A DNA stretch of 64,000 bases, taken from a bacterium. Its GTDB lineage: Bacteria > SAR324 > NAC60-12. A program made the translations under genes and the position numbers. Shown here piece after piece: positions 21,851 to 32,580 of this stretch (position 1 is the stretch's first letter; each line of letters begins with the position of its first letter). The notes beneath the pieces are model-generated. The model was given only the letters and a program-made list of their open reading frames with translations, did no database searches and was not told the origin of the DNA. Location of the stretch: NCBI GenBank assembly GCA_965205865.1, contig CBDBHR010000030.1, positions 832,001 to 896,000 on the forward strand, read 5' to 3'.

Positions 21851-21859
21851 CTGAAACCC

Positions 21860-23689
21860 CTAATGACCCATTGCTTCCTTCAGCTCACTATCAATCCAGA
21901 CACGGGCGAAGATGACAAGTCGGTGCTGGGCCCCAAAGTGGACTTCTCCGTTATAACCTTTGACCCACGGCTGGATCGCCATGTACTTTCCAGTTTTGGG
22001 ACCCCATACATAATATTGCTGCTCTATCAGGAGCATGTCTAACTCCTGCGCCAGCCTCTGCTGCTCTGCAATCGAGGTAGTGGTTTCAGCCTCTTCAATC
22101 ATGGCGTCTATCTCAGGGGTGTTCATATTGGCAAGGTCCCAAATTGATGTCGAGTGAGTGCGAAAGCGTAGAACCCCTAAACCACCATTAGGATGATTCC
22201 AGCCCTCAATTGTCATAATAATACCTTCCATAGCGCGCTCCGTTACCAGAGGGATAAACTGAGGTCGGTCCAAGTCCCTAATCTCTACATCAACGCCAAT
22301 TTCCTTCCAGTATTCGGCGACTATTTCAGTATAGCCCAAATCGAACTCACGGAAGTGGTTCAAGACCGTCTCGAAGCCATCGGGATAGCCAGCTTCCGCC
22401 AGAAGCTGCCTCGCCCCTTCCGGGTTATAGGCATAGCCTTTCTTGACCTCGGCGGGCCACTCGTCAAACGGGACGTAAAACCCCTTCAAGCCCTCCCCTA
22501 CGCTCCCCTGAGGTTTCCACATTGCAGTGCCCTTGTAGTGGGTATCGCTAATGGTCTTTAGGTCCAATGCCATCTGCATCGCCTTGCGCACCCTGATGTC
22601 GTCAAACGGCGGCTTGGTCGAGTCAAAGCTGTAAGTGGTTTCCGCACGATCCCACCACGGGAGCAGCTCGATTTCAGGGTTGGTGCTTCTGAGGCTCTCG
22701 ATAATGTCGACCACTAAAATATCAGAGGAATGAGCAGGGAAACCGAGGAAATCGATCCTACCGGCGCGAAGTCCCGCTATGCGTGTGGCTTCCTCTTTAA
22801 TAATCAGGCCCTGTAACTGGTCAAAGTAGGGCAGGCGGTTCTCCGGGTACTTTTCGTCGAAGCCCCAGTAGTCAGGATTCTTGGTATAGGTTATAGAGCT
22901 GCCCTCGACCCAGTCAGTCAGCTCATAGGGCCCGGTGCCGACCAGGTTCCTCCAATCCTTAACGTCGCCGTATTGCTTGATTACCTCGGGGGGCAATATA
23001 GATGCTTGATTATCAACCATGATCGAATGCAGTGCAGCGGGGCTAGGTTGCTTCAGCTTAAAAACAACCGTCCATTTGTCGGTGGCCTCTACCGATTCGA
23101 ATATTGTCATGCTGGCGAGCGGGCCAACATAGCCTCCAGGCGGTTCGGTGAAGCCGCTGCCCAGACCCAACACGCGGTGATAGTTGTATTCTACGTCCTT
23201 GGCAGTTAGCTCCCGACCGTTCATCGGTGGCTTATCATGCCAGTGAACGCCCTGGCGGATGTGGAAGGTATAGGTCAGCCCGTCCGGGGAAATATCCCAG
23301 CTTTCAGCCAGTTGCCCTACCGCGAGCTCTACCGGGATGTACTGGCTCGAGAAGGCATATTCGTCCCTATCCACTGCCCAATTGGGGATGAGTAGCTGCT
23401 CTGCAACGCCAGCGATGACCGTTCCTGCGCCGCCGTGCATAACTGGATCCGTGTGCGGCGGGGCGCCTACAGCGGCATAGGTGAACGTCCCGCCATACTG
23501 TGGCGCGGACACCACCTCGCCAGTGCTGGGATCCGTCACATACTTCTTCTCAGCAGCAGCCGCCGGGCTGACCCAGAGGGTCGCGCCCAGAATGAAAGCC
23601 AGCAGCACCGAGAGGAGTTTCATGGCAGACCTGGGGCCTGCCGGGTTCAGCCCCACGAAGGAGGCGACAAGTTTTTTTATAATACTCAT
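21860..23689 (-). CDS. Family-5 SBP with constant leader MSIIKK...
   Basis: GAGG RBS before ATG at 23689; SBP family-5 motifs. Confidence 0.9.
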   Translation of the reverse strand: MSIIKKLVASFVGLNPAGPRSAMKLLSVLLAFILGATLWVSPAAAAEKKYVTDPSTGEVVSAPQYGGTFTYAAVGAPPHTDPVMHGGAGTVIAGVAEQLLIPNWAVDRDEYAFSSQYIPVELAVGQLAESWDISPDGLTYTFHIRQGVHWHDKPPMNGRELTAKDVEYNYHRVLGLGSGFTEPPGGYVGPLASMTIFESVEATDKWTVVFKLKQPSPAALHSIMVDNQASILPPEVIKQYGDVKDWRNLVGTGPYELTDWVEGSSITYTKNPDYWGFDEKYPENRLPYFDQLQGLIIKEEATRIAGLRAGRIDFLGFPAHSSDILVVDIIESLRSTNPEIELLPWWDRAETTYSFDSTKPPFDDIRVRKAMQMALDLKTISDTHYKGTAMWKPQGSVGEGLKGFYVPFDEWPAEVKKGYAYNPEGARQLLAEAGYPDGFETVLNHFREFDLGYTEIVAEYWKEIGVDVEIRDLDRPQFIPLVTERAMEGIIMTIEGWNHPNGGLGVLRFRTHSTSIWDLANMNTPEIDAMIEEAETTTSIAEQQRLAQELDMLLIEQQYYVWGPKTGKYMAIQPWVKGYNGEVHFGAQHRLVIFARVWIDSELKEAMGH

Positions 23690-23821
23690 AATAACCTCTT
23701 TTATTTGAGGGTTTTGAGAATGATTCACCCGCTGTGGGGCGAATCGGAGTTTCGCGGCGGGCACGGCGCCTGCCACGGGGAACTCTCTGCAGAGGGCGAA
23801 AAGTTTCTTCGCGAGCATCTT

Positions 23822-24125
23822 CATCCGGACTATTTTTTTGACCAGAATGGGTCTTTTTTGAGGAAAATGAGCGTTTGGAAACCGAGCCCTTCTATTTATA
23901 TAACGTACCAAGAGCCAGAATCTGACAAAAAAAATCTGACAAAAAAAATCAAATTTTCTCAAAAATTCCCCGAAATCGCTTTCTTTTTTTGACCAGAATG
24001 GGTCTTTTTTGAGGAAAATGAGCGTTTGGAAACCGAGCCCTTCTATTTATATAACACACCAAGAGCCAGAATATCACCAAAAAAATCAAATTTTCTCAAA
24101 AATTTCCTGAAATTGCTTTCTGGCG
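23822..24125 (-). repeat. Tandem promoter repeats (2 units) between sigma and SBP
   Basis: GACCAGAATGGGTC...CCAAGAGCCAGAAT...TCAAATTTTCTCAAAAAT twice; extra 14-bp duplication at ~23921-23948. Confidence 0.9.
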
Positions 24126-24650
24126 CGGTACAACTGTTGGGCGATCCGGTGCTTTTCCGTTTGGCTCAGTTCCTCTCTAGGAAGCTCCAACTTCTCGGCG
24201 GCAAGGGCTTCAAGGGACAGCCCGTCCCAATAGCTGCGGCGCAGCAGCCGAGCGGTCTGGGGATGCTCGTCTTCCAGTTGTCTCAGGGCCCCTCCTACCC
24301 GGTCAATCTTCTCTTCCTGCAATTCCTCCGACTGGGCCTCCCACCAGGCCTGCATAGAGCGCAGGTCATCCACCTCTTCCGGGGCAGCGACTTCCGGCTG
24401 CCGTTTGGCACGTCTGATTTGGTCCAGCAGATGATTCTGAACGACTCTGTACAGCCAACCCTGGAAGGCTTTATCGGCCTCGCCTTGGAATTTCTCCAGC
24501 TTGCTCTCCCACAAATCCTTCCAGATTTCCTGAACCACCTCATCGGCCTGATGGAGGCTCCGATACTTGCCAATCAGCGATTGGGCAGTGTGGACGATAT
24601 ATGCCCTGTAGTGTTGGTACAACTCCTCAAAAGCGTCTTCCTTCCCTTCT
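24086..24650 (-). pseudogene. ECF-type sigma-70 factor, N-terminus replaced
   Basis: AFEELYQHY, DEVVQEIW, GWLYRVVQN..LD, QLYRAR; first ~15 codons replaced by unrelated sequence. Confidence 0.8.
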
Positions 24651-24816
24651 CGTATAACCACTGTAACGCTTCTTCAAAAGCAATCCCACTCGGATTATTC
24701 CGAATTTTTCGATCTCTTTTTTTCTTTTTACTCATACTTTAAGCCTCCGTGCAACAAATACTATAGGGGATTTAGCCAGTATTAGCAAAAAAGATTTTTT
24801 GAGATTCTATGAAGTA

Positions 24817-24941
24817 TGCGAACGACCGAAATAACCGGGCCGCGTTAATGTTAAATTGAAAGATAAATTATGTGCTTGTAATCCACAACAATCGGAGCAA
24901 AATGCGCTGTGTTCAGGCTCCGGTTCAGTTTTTTGTTAGCT
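24817..24941 (+). other. Orphan attC-like site
   Basis: GCGAAC...AATAACCGG...CCGGTTCAGTT...GTTAGCT imperfect inverted repeat with GTTRRRY end. Confidence 0.6.
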
Positions 24942-25121
24942 TTGTTTCAATTGCAATCACCTGAATTGATATATTTTTATGAAAAAGTTGCAATTCCATT
25001 CACTGATATCATAAATTGTAGTTGCTGAATATGAAAAAAACAAATATTCTAAGAACGAGGAATATCATTCCATCTTGTCTGAATTAGATGAATAGTACGC
25101 TGATTTAAAAGGAGATTATCA

Positions 25122-25340
25122 ATGATTGTTAATGTGGAAGAAATATTAGAAGCATCTCTCAACCTGCCGGCAATAGAAAGAGCAGATCTTATAAATCATC
25201 TGCTATCCAGCTTAGATGTACCCGATAAAAGCATAGATGGGGTCTGGCAGAAGGAAGTCGAAGAAAGAATTGAAGCATATCGCAAAGGGCATCTCACCTC
25301 TATTTCTCTCCAAGACGTTCTTTCAAAATACCAAAAATGA
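25122..25340 (+). CDS. Addiction-module antitoxin (TIGR02574-like)
   Basis: LPAIERADL...W..EVE.R; overlaps the toxin start. Confidence 0.8.
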   Translation: MIVNVEEILEASLNLPAIERADLINHLLSSLDVPDKSIDGVWQKEVEERIEAYRKGHLTSISLQDVLSKYQK

Positions 25341-25639
25341 AAGAGATTCGATTCTTAAAAGTTGCAGAGCAGGAATTTGATGAAACTGTTAAGTATTACA
25401 ACGCAGAATCACCAGGACTTGGCACTAAATTTATAGTTGAGGTCGTTAAATCTCTTGAACGTATTCAACAATTTCCTGAAGCTTGGCACCCCTTCACACA
25501 AAATGCTAGACGATGTCAAATCAGACGATTTCCTTATGGTATAATTTATCAAATACTTGAGAAGGAAATTCTGATTGTTGCAATTGCCAATTTACATAGA
25601 AAACCAGACTACTGGATAAAGAGGCTTAAAGAAAAATAG
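25337..25639 (+). CDS. RelE/ParE-family toxin
   Basis: RRFPYGIIY, IVAIANLHRKPDYW. Confidence 0.88.
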   Translation: MKEIRFLKVAEQEFDETVKYYNAESPGLGTKFIVEVVKSLERIQQFPEAWHPFTQNARRCQIRRFPYGIIYQILEKEILIVAIANLHRKPDYWIKRLKEK

Positions 25640-25803
25640 TTTTATGACACAGGGCGAAATCTTTCTAAATCATGGAACTCCTCCTTATCTCGCTATGAGA
25701 AAAAGAAAATATTTGACTTCTTGATCTCCCTATAAGATAAAGATCTTCATTGAATTTATAAGAATACAGAGTTGATGAATCACCGTATTAAAAAAAAGGA
25801 TTA

Positions 25804-25858
25804 AAATACGGGGACAGTTACCTTATTTCAGGAAAAATAGGTAACTGTCCCCGTATTT
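25804..25858. repeat. Minimal palindromic element with the same ends as the RAYT-derived MITE
   Basis: AAATACGGGGACAGTTACCT...AGGTAACTGTCCCCGTATTT. Confidence 0.85.
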
Positions 25859-26148
25859 CCGCCCAACCCCGGCAGGTTGAAGATGTTCTCTATGATCACA
25901 GAGCCCCCAATCAGGATCGGCAACTGCAGGCCAATCAGGGTGATAACCGGGATGAGGGCATTTTTGATGGTATGTCTGATCACCACGACCCGCTCCCTGA
26001 GCCCCTTGGACCAGGCCGTTCGGATGTAATCCTGCCGCAGCACCTCCAGCATCATGGTGCGCGTCATGCGCATGGTGGTTGCCGAAGCAGCCGTCCCCAG
26101 AATCACGCTGGGGATGAGGAACACCGCGAGATTCCCCAGCGGGTCTTC
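25859..26148 (-). pseudogene. Internal dppB fragment
   Basis: EDPLGNL...NIFNLPGLG; ends at the palindromic element. Confidence 0.85.
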
Positions 26149-26165
26149 TGTTTATAATACTCTAG

Positions 26166-27143
26166 CTATGTGTCTGTTAACGCCAGGCTGTAGTACTCAG
26201 GTTTCGATCTTACTTCTTTAATGAAATCGGCCACTATCTTTTCGAAATCCGCATACAATGGCTTCCACCCCCATTCCTCACGAGCCCGGCTATCATCGAA
26301 GTTATTGAGACTGCGGTAATAATCCATGACCCATGGGTCCGGCTTATAGGTAAATTTAGCTTCCGGAATGAACTTCTTTATAGCCAGTTCTACCTCCCTG
26401 GCCGTTAGTGATGGGAAGACCCCTACTACGTTATAGCAGACGGTCTTTATTTGCTCCTTGGGTGCATCATACAGCATTTGTGTGGCCCGCATAGCATCTT
26501 CATAGTACAAGACAGGAAGTTTGGTGTCTTCGCTGACAGGACAGTCAGCCGGCCTGCCCAGGGCCGCACTTTGAATCATCCAGGCAATATATTGCAGTTT
26601 CTTACTGATCTTAACACTGGGACCAAAGATGTTGGGGTATCGTATGCAGCGAAAGTCAAGGTCAAATTTCTCGCGATAGTATCTGCCCAGAAGCTCACCA
26701 TATAGCTTGGCCACACCGTACACGGTAATAGGCCGTTGTAGTGTCTCATCGGTGATAGTTTCAGTAGGTATTCCCAGCCCATAGGTACCCATACTGCTGG
26801 TAAACACCACCCGCTTTACCCCGAAGAGTCGCGCCGCTTCCAGGACATGCATTATTCCGGCGACATTCGTTTCATAACAGGCCCAGGGGTTCGCCTCAGA
26901 TAGGAAGCTCGGTATCGCTCCAAGGTGAAATACGCCTTCTGCGCTATTTTCCTTGACAACATTCAACACTTCAGGCCAGACCTTTTGGTCTCCCTGGACA
27001 ACCTTTACATTATTCTTGATATCCGCCACACGCTCTATTTGCGGAGCGATGTCAAACAAGATGAGGTCTTCGCCCCTCTCTACCAGTCTATGTGCCAGGC
27101 CAGTACCAACCCAACCTGTTCCGCCGGTAATCAGTATAGACAT
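26166..27143 (-). CDS. NAD-dependent epimerase/dehydratase (threonine dehydrogenase-like extended SDR)
   Basis: ITGGTGWVG, YGVAK, DDSRAREEWGW. Confidence 0.88.
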   Translation of the reverse strand: MSILITGGTGWVGTGLAHRLVERGEDLILFDIAPQIERVADIKNNVKVVQGDQKVWPEVLNVVKENSAEGVFHLGAIPSFLSEANPWACYETNVAGIMHVLEAARLFGVKRVVFTSSMGTYGLGIPTETITDETLQRPITVYGVAKLYGELLGRYYREKFDLDFRCIRYPNIFGPSVKISKKLQYIAWMIQSAALGRPADCPVSEDTKLPVLYYEDAMRATQMLYDAPKEQIKTVCYNVVGVFPSLTAREVELAIKKFIPEAKFTYKPDPWVMDYYRSLNNFDDSRAREEWGWKPLYADFEKIVADFIKEVRSKPEYYSLALTDT

Positions 27144-27202
27144 CCTTCTCTGCCTCCTTAATTAATATTACCGGGATGAGATAACCCTGCTCACTCACCT
27201 CA

Positions 27203-27967
27203 TCAACCGCGCCAAGCTGCGATCTCATCGACCGCATTTCGCGCTTCACGCTCCAGAAACCATAAATCCATTCCGTAGCCTATCCAACGAATGCCACTCT
27301 CCAACAATGATTTGACCGTGCTTGCAGTGGGCGGTATAGCCCACTGACAGAACGCTATCCTTTTCCTCTGGCACATGGCACGGACGTGGTCTCTGGCTTC
27401 AGTTATCTGGGGATGGTCAAACTGGCCGGCTATACCCAGGAGGTGTGAGAGATCGGTATGGCCTACCCAGACCACGTCTATCCCGGGGATGAGAATCTCC
27501 TCCAAGTGCTCGAGTGCCTCTGGAGTCTCAATAATAAGGCCGAGCAACGTGTTGGCGTTAGCGTGAGCGCACGCTGCCGGTATATCAGGTGCCCCGTACA
27601 TGCCAAACGCACGCTTTCCTTCAGGGTGGAATTTGGCAAACTCTATCAACCGCCGGGCCTCCGCTGCGGTCCTGATACTTGGTAGGATCAGACATTGACA
27701 GCCGTTGTCCAGCAATCTCGTGATGAAATGTTGCTCCAAGGCCGGAAGGCGTACCATCGGTGTGACACCAGCCAGGTGAGCATAATGGACGCTCTCCACT
27801 AGCTCTTTCATATCAAAATTAGTATGCTCAGCGTCCATATCTAAGTAGTCCACACCAGCCTTTGCATAAGCCTCCACCACGTATGGTCCGCGGCTCTTCA
27901 TTAATGTTCCGATGATCACTTCACCTCTTTTCAACTTTGCTTTTAACTGATTCTCCCGCAAGGGCAT
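27203..27967 (-). CDS. HpcH/HpaI aldolase family protein
   Basis: DAEH, PMVRLP, LLDNG, IIETPEA, WVGHTDLS; AAGGAGG RBS. Confidence 0.88.
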   Translation of the reverse strand: MPLRENQLKAKLKRGEVIIGTLMKSRGPYVVEAYAKAGVDYLDMDAEHTNFDMKELVESVHYAHLAGVTPMVRLPALEQHFITRLLDNGCQCLILPSIRTAAEARRLIEFAKFHPEGKRAFGMYGAPDIPAACAHANANTLLGLIIETPEALEHLEEILIPGIDVVWVGHTDLSHLLGIAGQFDHPQITEARDHVRAMCQRKRIAFCQWAIPPTASTVKSLLESGIRWIGYGMDLWFLEREARNAVDEIAAWRG

Positions 27968-27999
27968 GGTTTCCTCCTTTTTACTTCGGATAATTAAAG

Positions 28000-28358
28000 T
28001 GACCACCGGCTAAAGCCGGTGGCTTATTATTGTGAACGCCTCAAAGGCTATTTATTGGGTCCCCCCGAGGGGTCCGATTCAGTCTCCCCCAGGTGAAGGT
28101 GAGAAAACCCCGGAGGGGTGACAGGGCATAGCCCAGCCATTGATGGCTGGGATAGGCCACAAAACGTTTTTAGTCCCAGAGGGACGACACTTTTTCTTCA
28201 GTGCGCTTTCAGTGTCGTCCCTCCGGGACTGGATCCCCCATCACAATCGGTCCCCAGCCATCAATGGCTGGGCGATGACCTTTCGTCCCTCCGGGACTAA
28301 AATATGACTGCTGCGCACGGTCAAACCTATATGGGTCCCCCACCAAAGGTGGGGGTTT
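28000..28358. mobile_element. IS200/IS605-like non-autonomous remnant with nested REP pair
   Basis: End hairpins CCACCGGCTAAAGCCGGTGG and CCCCACCAAAGGTGGGG; inner GTCCCTCCGGGAC and CCCAGCCAT..ATGGCTGGG hairpins. Confidence 0.55.
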
Positions 28359-28438
28359 ATTCCAATGAATTAATAATTCCCCCGGAAATATGAACTTAAA
28401 TTCCCAAAGTCACAGGCCTGACCCCGATTCCCCGATTT

Positions 28439-29374
28439 CTAAGCGAAGGGGTTGATCAGTCTGGAGAGGAATCCTCGTTTGCGTTTCCCTGCGGTGCCGT
28501 AACTTCCCTGCCCGCCCCGCAGCCGGGGATCGAGCAGGTCCCTGAGGGCGTCACCAAACATGTTGAGACTGTAAACAGTAATCGTCAGAAAAAGACCCGG
28601 CCAGAGCGCCAGCCACGGCGCCTTTTCCATGTAGAGCCGTCCTTCCCGGCTGAGCAGGCCGCCCCAGCTGGGAATGTCGAGGGGAAGACCGAATCCCAGG
28701 AAGCTCAGAGAGGCCTCGGACAACACCACCCCACCGATGTTGATGGTGAAAATAATGATGACCGGCGCGGCAATATTGGGCAGCACATGGCGGATCAGGA
28801 TTTGGCTCGTGGGGGTGCCTACGGCTTTGGCTGCCAGAAAATAGTCATTCTCTTTGACCCCAATCACGGCACTGCGGACGATTCTGGAACTGCCGATGCC
28901 TCCGGTGACCCCCAGCACCACAATGATCTGGGGGAGACCCCGCCCCACGAGGGACATGATGGTCAACAACAGCAGCAGTCCCGGGAAAGCCATCCAGGCG
29001 TCGACAAATCTCTGCATCACCAGGTCGAATTTACCACCAAGGAATCCTGAAGTGCCGCCGATGAGGACGGCCACCACAACATTGAGAGAAGTTGCGGCCA
29101 GACCGACAACTATCGAAATGCGGGCGCCGTAGATGATCCGGCTCAAAAAATCCCGTCCCAGCTGATCGGTACCCAATAGGTATTGGGGTGATGAGACTCG
29201 TAACCTTTCCCTGATGTGTATCTCATCATACGGATAAGGAGTCAGAGCGTCGGCAAAGATACTGACAAGAACCAATAACAATATGATGATCCCGCAAATC
29301 GTACCCAGCGGCTTCTCCTTGAGAAGCCTGACAAAGAAATGAGCCGGTCGGCTCCGTCGCCTGGATTCACTCAT
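28439..29374 (-). CDS. DppC-like permease
   Basis: Full-length paralog. Confidence 0.92.
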   Translation of the reverse strand: MSESRRRSRPAHFFVRLLKEKPLGTICGIIILLLVLVSIFADALTPYPYDEIHIRERLRVSSPQYLLGTDQLGRDFLSRIIYGARISIVVGLAATSLNVVVAVLIGGTSGFLGGKFDLVMQRFVDAWMAFPGLLLLLTIMSLVGRGLPQIIVVLGVTGGIGSSRIVRSAVIGVKENDYFLAAKAVGTPTSQILIRHVLPNIAAPVIIIFTINIGGVVLSEASLSFLGFGLPLDIPSWGGLLSREGRLYMEKAPWLALWPGLFLTITVYSLNMFGDALRDLLDPRLRGGQGSYGTAGKRKRGFLSRLINPFA

Positions 29375-30326
29375 ACCGCACCCTGGGGTCTAAATAAGGA
29401 TAAATCAGGTCGGTCAGTAGATTGACCCCCACAACCATGGTAGCAAAAACCAGATTTACTCCGGAGACCATCGGGTAGTCTCTATCCTGGAGTGCATTCA
29501 GAAAGAGACGACCTATGCCCGGCAGGTTAAATATGTTCTCCATGATAACCGAACCGCCGACTAAAAGAGGTAACTGCATGCCTACCAGGGTCACTATCGG
29601 GATGAAGGCGTTCTTGACCGCGTGTCTTATAATGATTACCCGCTCCCTCAAGCCCTTGGACCAGGCGGTCCTGACGTAGTCCTGCCGGAGCACCTCCAGC
29701 ATCATGGTGCGCGTCATCCGCATTATGCTTGCAGAAAGGGCCGTCCCAAGAATCAGGCTGGGAATGATAAACACCCCGAGGTTCCCGAGCGGATTCTCGA
29801 AGAAGGGAACCACTTTCATCGGAGGTGACCAGCCCCACCAGAGTGCCGGGTAGATCAAGACCATCATTGCCAGCCAGAAGTTAGGCGTTGCCATGCCGAT
29901 GATGGCGATGGTGCGTCCCGCGTAGTCGGCAATCGTGTCCTGGCGCATCGCCGAGTAGACCCCGACGGGCAGCGCTATCACCAGCCCGATTACGATCGCC
30001 AGAATACCGAGCTCGATGGTTACCGGCAGCCTGAGTAAAATTCTCTCTTCAACGGTCCACATGCCGTCGAATATCGTTTCGCCGAGAGTACCTTCAAGAA
30101 AAATACCTTTCAACCAGCGTCCATACTGCACCCAAACCGGCACGTCCAATCCCAGCGCGCGCATGAGCTGATCGCGATCGATCTCGCTGTGGTAATCCGC
30201 CATGTTGGCCATCATCGCGTCTATCGTATCGCCCGGGATAAAACGAACGGAGAGAAAGACCAGGAGGCTTAAGATAAAGAGAGTGGGGATAATCAGCAGT
30301 ACCCGCCTGATGATATAGGCTCTCAT
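29367..30326 (-). CDS. DppB-like permease
   Basis: Full-length paralog. Confidence 0.93.
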   Translation of the reverse strand: MRAYIIRRVLLIIPTLFILSLLVFLSVRFIPGDTIDAMMANMADYHSEIDRDQLMRALGLDVPVWVQYGRWLKGIFLEGTLGETIFDGMWTVEERILLRLPVTIELGILAIVIGLVIALPVGVYSAMRQDTIADYAGRTIAIIGMATPNFWLAMMVLIYPALWWGWSPPMKVVPFFENPLGNLGVFIIPSLILGTALSASIMRMTRTMMLEVLRQDYVRTAWSKGLRERVIIIRHAVKNAFIPIVTLVGMQLPLLVGGSVIMENIFNLPGIGRLFLNALQDRDYPMVSGVNLVFATMVVGVNLLTDLIYPYLDPRVRYE

Positions 30327-30411
30327 GCGTTATACCTCATCGTTCCGCGGAAGGCTTTTTTACATGAATGTGGGGTGGCGGCACAAGCCTGCCATCCCAC
30401 ATGTAGAAACA

Positions 30412-32205
30412 CTAATAACCCATCTCTTTTTTCAGCGCGCTGTCGATCCAGAGGCGGGCCGTGATCGTATTTCTGTCCATATCTCCCAGGTCGGTTTCAC
30501 CGTTAAAACCGATGACCCACGGCTGGAGCACGTGCATCTGTGGAACTCTAGCACCCCATATATGCCAGTGTTTTTCTGTCAAGTACCTATCTATCTCAGT
30601 AACCAGCCTCATCTGCTCCTCAACGGTGGTAGCGGTTACTGCGGCGTCAACCATGGCGTTATAAGTCGGGTCATTCGCATTGGCGGTGTTAAACATATGG
30701 CCCGTGGTAAACGTTTGTATCTCACCTATAGGCTTATCCTCGTACCCCGATATAGTTGGCCATATTCCTAGATGACTTCCAGTTGAGCGTAGCCTAGACC
30801 ACATAGAAGCCCTCTCATCGGTAAAGAACTCTACATCAATGCCAATCGCCTCCCAGTAAGAGGCAGCTAATTCGTGATAGCTTGTATCCCATACTGTCGC
30901 CACTTCCAGGATGGCCTTGAATCTAATCCCATCCGCGCCGCGCGTAAGCCCAGCCGCATCAAGCAACGCTTCTGCCCCTGCCGGGTTATAGGTATAGTAT
31001 CCCTTGAGCTCTTCGGGCCAGTCTGCAAATGGGGTGACATACCCGATCATACCTACCCCCAGGAACCCCTGAGGTGTCGTATCTGCATAACCCAGCCAGA
31101 AGGACTCGTTAATTTCATCAAGGTCCAGTGCCATCTGCATTGCGTGGCGCACATTGACGTCGTCAAAGGGCGGCAATTGCGAGTTAAGACTCCAAGACGA
31201 TTCCGACCGATATGACATCGTCTCAAACACGAGTTCGGGGTTGCTCCGCTTGAGACTCTCGACGTTGTCGAGAGCGCCGGCACCCCTTAATTGAGAGTAG
31301 CCGCCAAACATAGCCATTGCATCAAGCTTACCTGTGCGCATTGCCGACATACGTGTTGCCGGGTCTGGGATAACAAGCATCGCTACCTCGTCAACATAGG
31401 GCAAGCGGTTCTCCGGGTATTTTTCGTCGTAATCCCAGTAGTTAGGATTCTTGGTCCAGGTGACAGAGGTACCGTCAACGAAGTCGGTCATCATGAAAGG
31501 CCCGGTGCCGACCAGGTCCCGCCAGTCTTTGACATTGCCCTTTTCTTTGATGACCTCAGGGGGGTATATATACATAATGTTTTGGACGAGGATTGTCTTC
31601 AGCGCATCGAGGCGTGGCTCCGTCAGCTTAACGACCATCGTATACTTGTCGGTAGCCTCTATCGAATCGAATGGAAGGCTCACCAGCGGGCCGGATACGT
31701 AGGGAGTAGCTTCGGTGTAGCCGCTGCCTGTTCCCGTTACGCGGTGATAGTTGTAAACGATATCATCAGCGGTTAATTCTCTCCCATTCATCGGTGGCTT
31801 CTTATGCCAGTGAACGCCCTTACGGATGTGGAAGATAAGGGTTTTCGCGTCGGGCTGTTCCCAGCTTTCCGCCAGGTTCCCTGTAAGGAGAGCTGGAGGT
31901 ATGTACGTTGTTCTAAAGTTAAATACATCCCTGGGCGTTGCCCAGTCCGCGATGCCAAGCTTCTCTACAACGGCACTGACGTATGTTCCCGGGACGTGAT
32001 GGTAATAGGTATCAGTATGCTCCGGGGTGTTATCCGCGGGCCAGGTTATTGACCCGCCGTACTCAGGTGCTGTCACGACCTTACCAGTGGTAGGATCCGT
32101 CACATACTTCTGGGCGGCAGCCGGACTGACCCAAAAGGCTGTCACCATCAGGGTGAGGGACAGCAGGATTGCACTGAAGGTTGATTTGCTTTTTTGATTT
32201 TCCAT
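30412..32205 (-). CDS. Family-5 SBP with alternative leader (MENQKSK...)
   Basis: AAGGA RBS before 32205; frame stays open upstream through more AT-rich candidate starts. Confidence 0.85.
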   Translation of the reverse strand: MENQKSKSTFSAILLSLTLMVTAFWVSPAAAQKYVTDPTTGKVVTAPEYGGSITWPADNTPEHTDTYYHHVPGTYVSAVVEKLGIADWATPRDVFNFRTTYIPPALLTGNLAESWEQPDAKTLIFHIRKGVHWHKKPPMNGRELTADDIVYNYHRVTGTGSGYTEATPYVSGPLVSLPFDSIEATDKYTMVVKLTEPRLDALKTILVQNIMYIYPPEVIKEKGNVKDWRDLVGTGPFMMTDFVDGTSVTWTKNPNYWDYDEKYPENRLPYVDEVAMLVIPDPATRMSAMRTGKLDAMAMFGGYSQLRGAGALDNVESLKRSNPELVFETMSYRSESSWSLNSQLPPFDDVNVRHAMQMALDLDEINESFWLGYADTTPQGFLGVGMIGYVTPFADWPEELKGYYTYNPAGAEALLDAAGLTRGADGIRFKAILEVATVWDTSYHELAASYWEAIGIDVEFFTDERASMWSRLRSTGSHLGIWPTISGYEDKPIGEIQTFTTGHMFNTANANDPTYNAMVDAAVTATTVEEQMRLVTEIDRYLTEKHWHIWGARVPQMHVLQPWVIGFNGETDLGDMDRNTITARLWIDSALKKEMGY

Positions 32206-32580
32206 CTTTTTCCTTTCTTTTTTTTGATTAAAAACAAGATTTAGGAATGATTTAAAACCTGCTTTCGTTCCCGAAAGCACGTTCTCGACGATGCTTCTAC
32301 TTTTTTGACGGTTCAGCCCGAACCTTTTTTTCATTTTTATCTTTTTCATGATAATTTCCTTTCCAAATACGATTGAATTAAACAGGGATTTCGAAAGGGA
32401 TTTCGTCCCCCTACCCTGGCTTCTCTTATTTTTGGTCATCTCCATAATTTTTCCTTTCTTGTTATTTAGGTTGTGAGAATGATTCACCCACCAGGGAGCG
32501 AATCGGAGTTTCGCGGCGGGCACGGCGCCTGCCACGGGGAACTCTCTGCAGAGGGCGAAAAGTTTCTTCGCGAGCATCTT

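Noticed and set aside
23690-23962. Long N-terminal extensions of SBP ORFs (MRKFDFF.., MIFFVRF.., MKMLAKK..)
   Set aside because: They run through the promoter repeats and are broken by indels in some copies (e.g. near 55545); RBS and signal peptide favour MSIIKK.
24026-24742. Plus-strand 190-240-aa ORFs opposite each sigma gene, and antisense ORFs over dpp genes
   Set aside because: Shadow frames of recognisable genes; they recur only because the DNA is duplicated.
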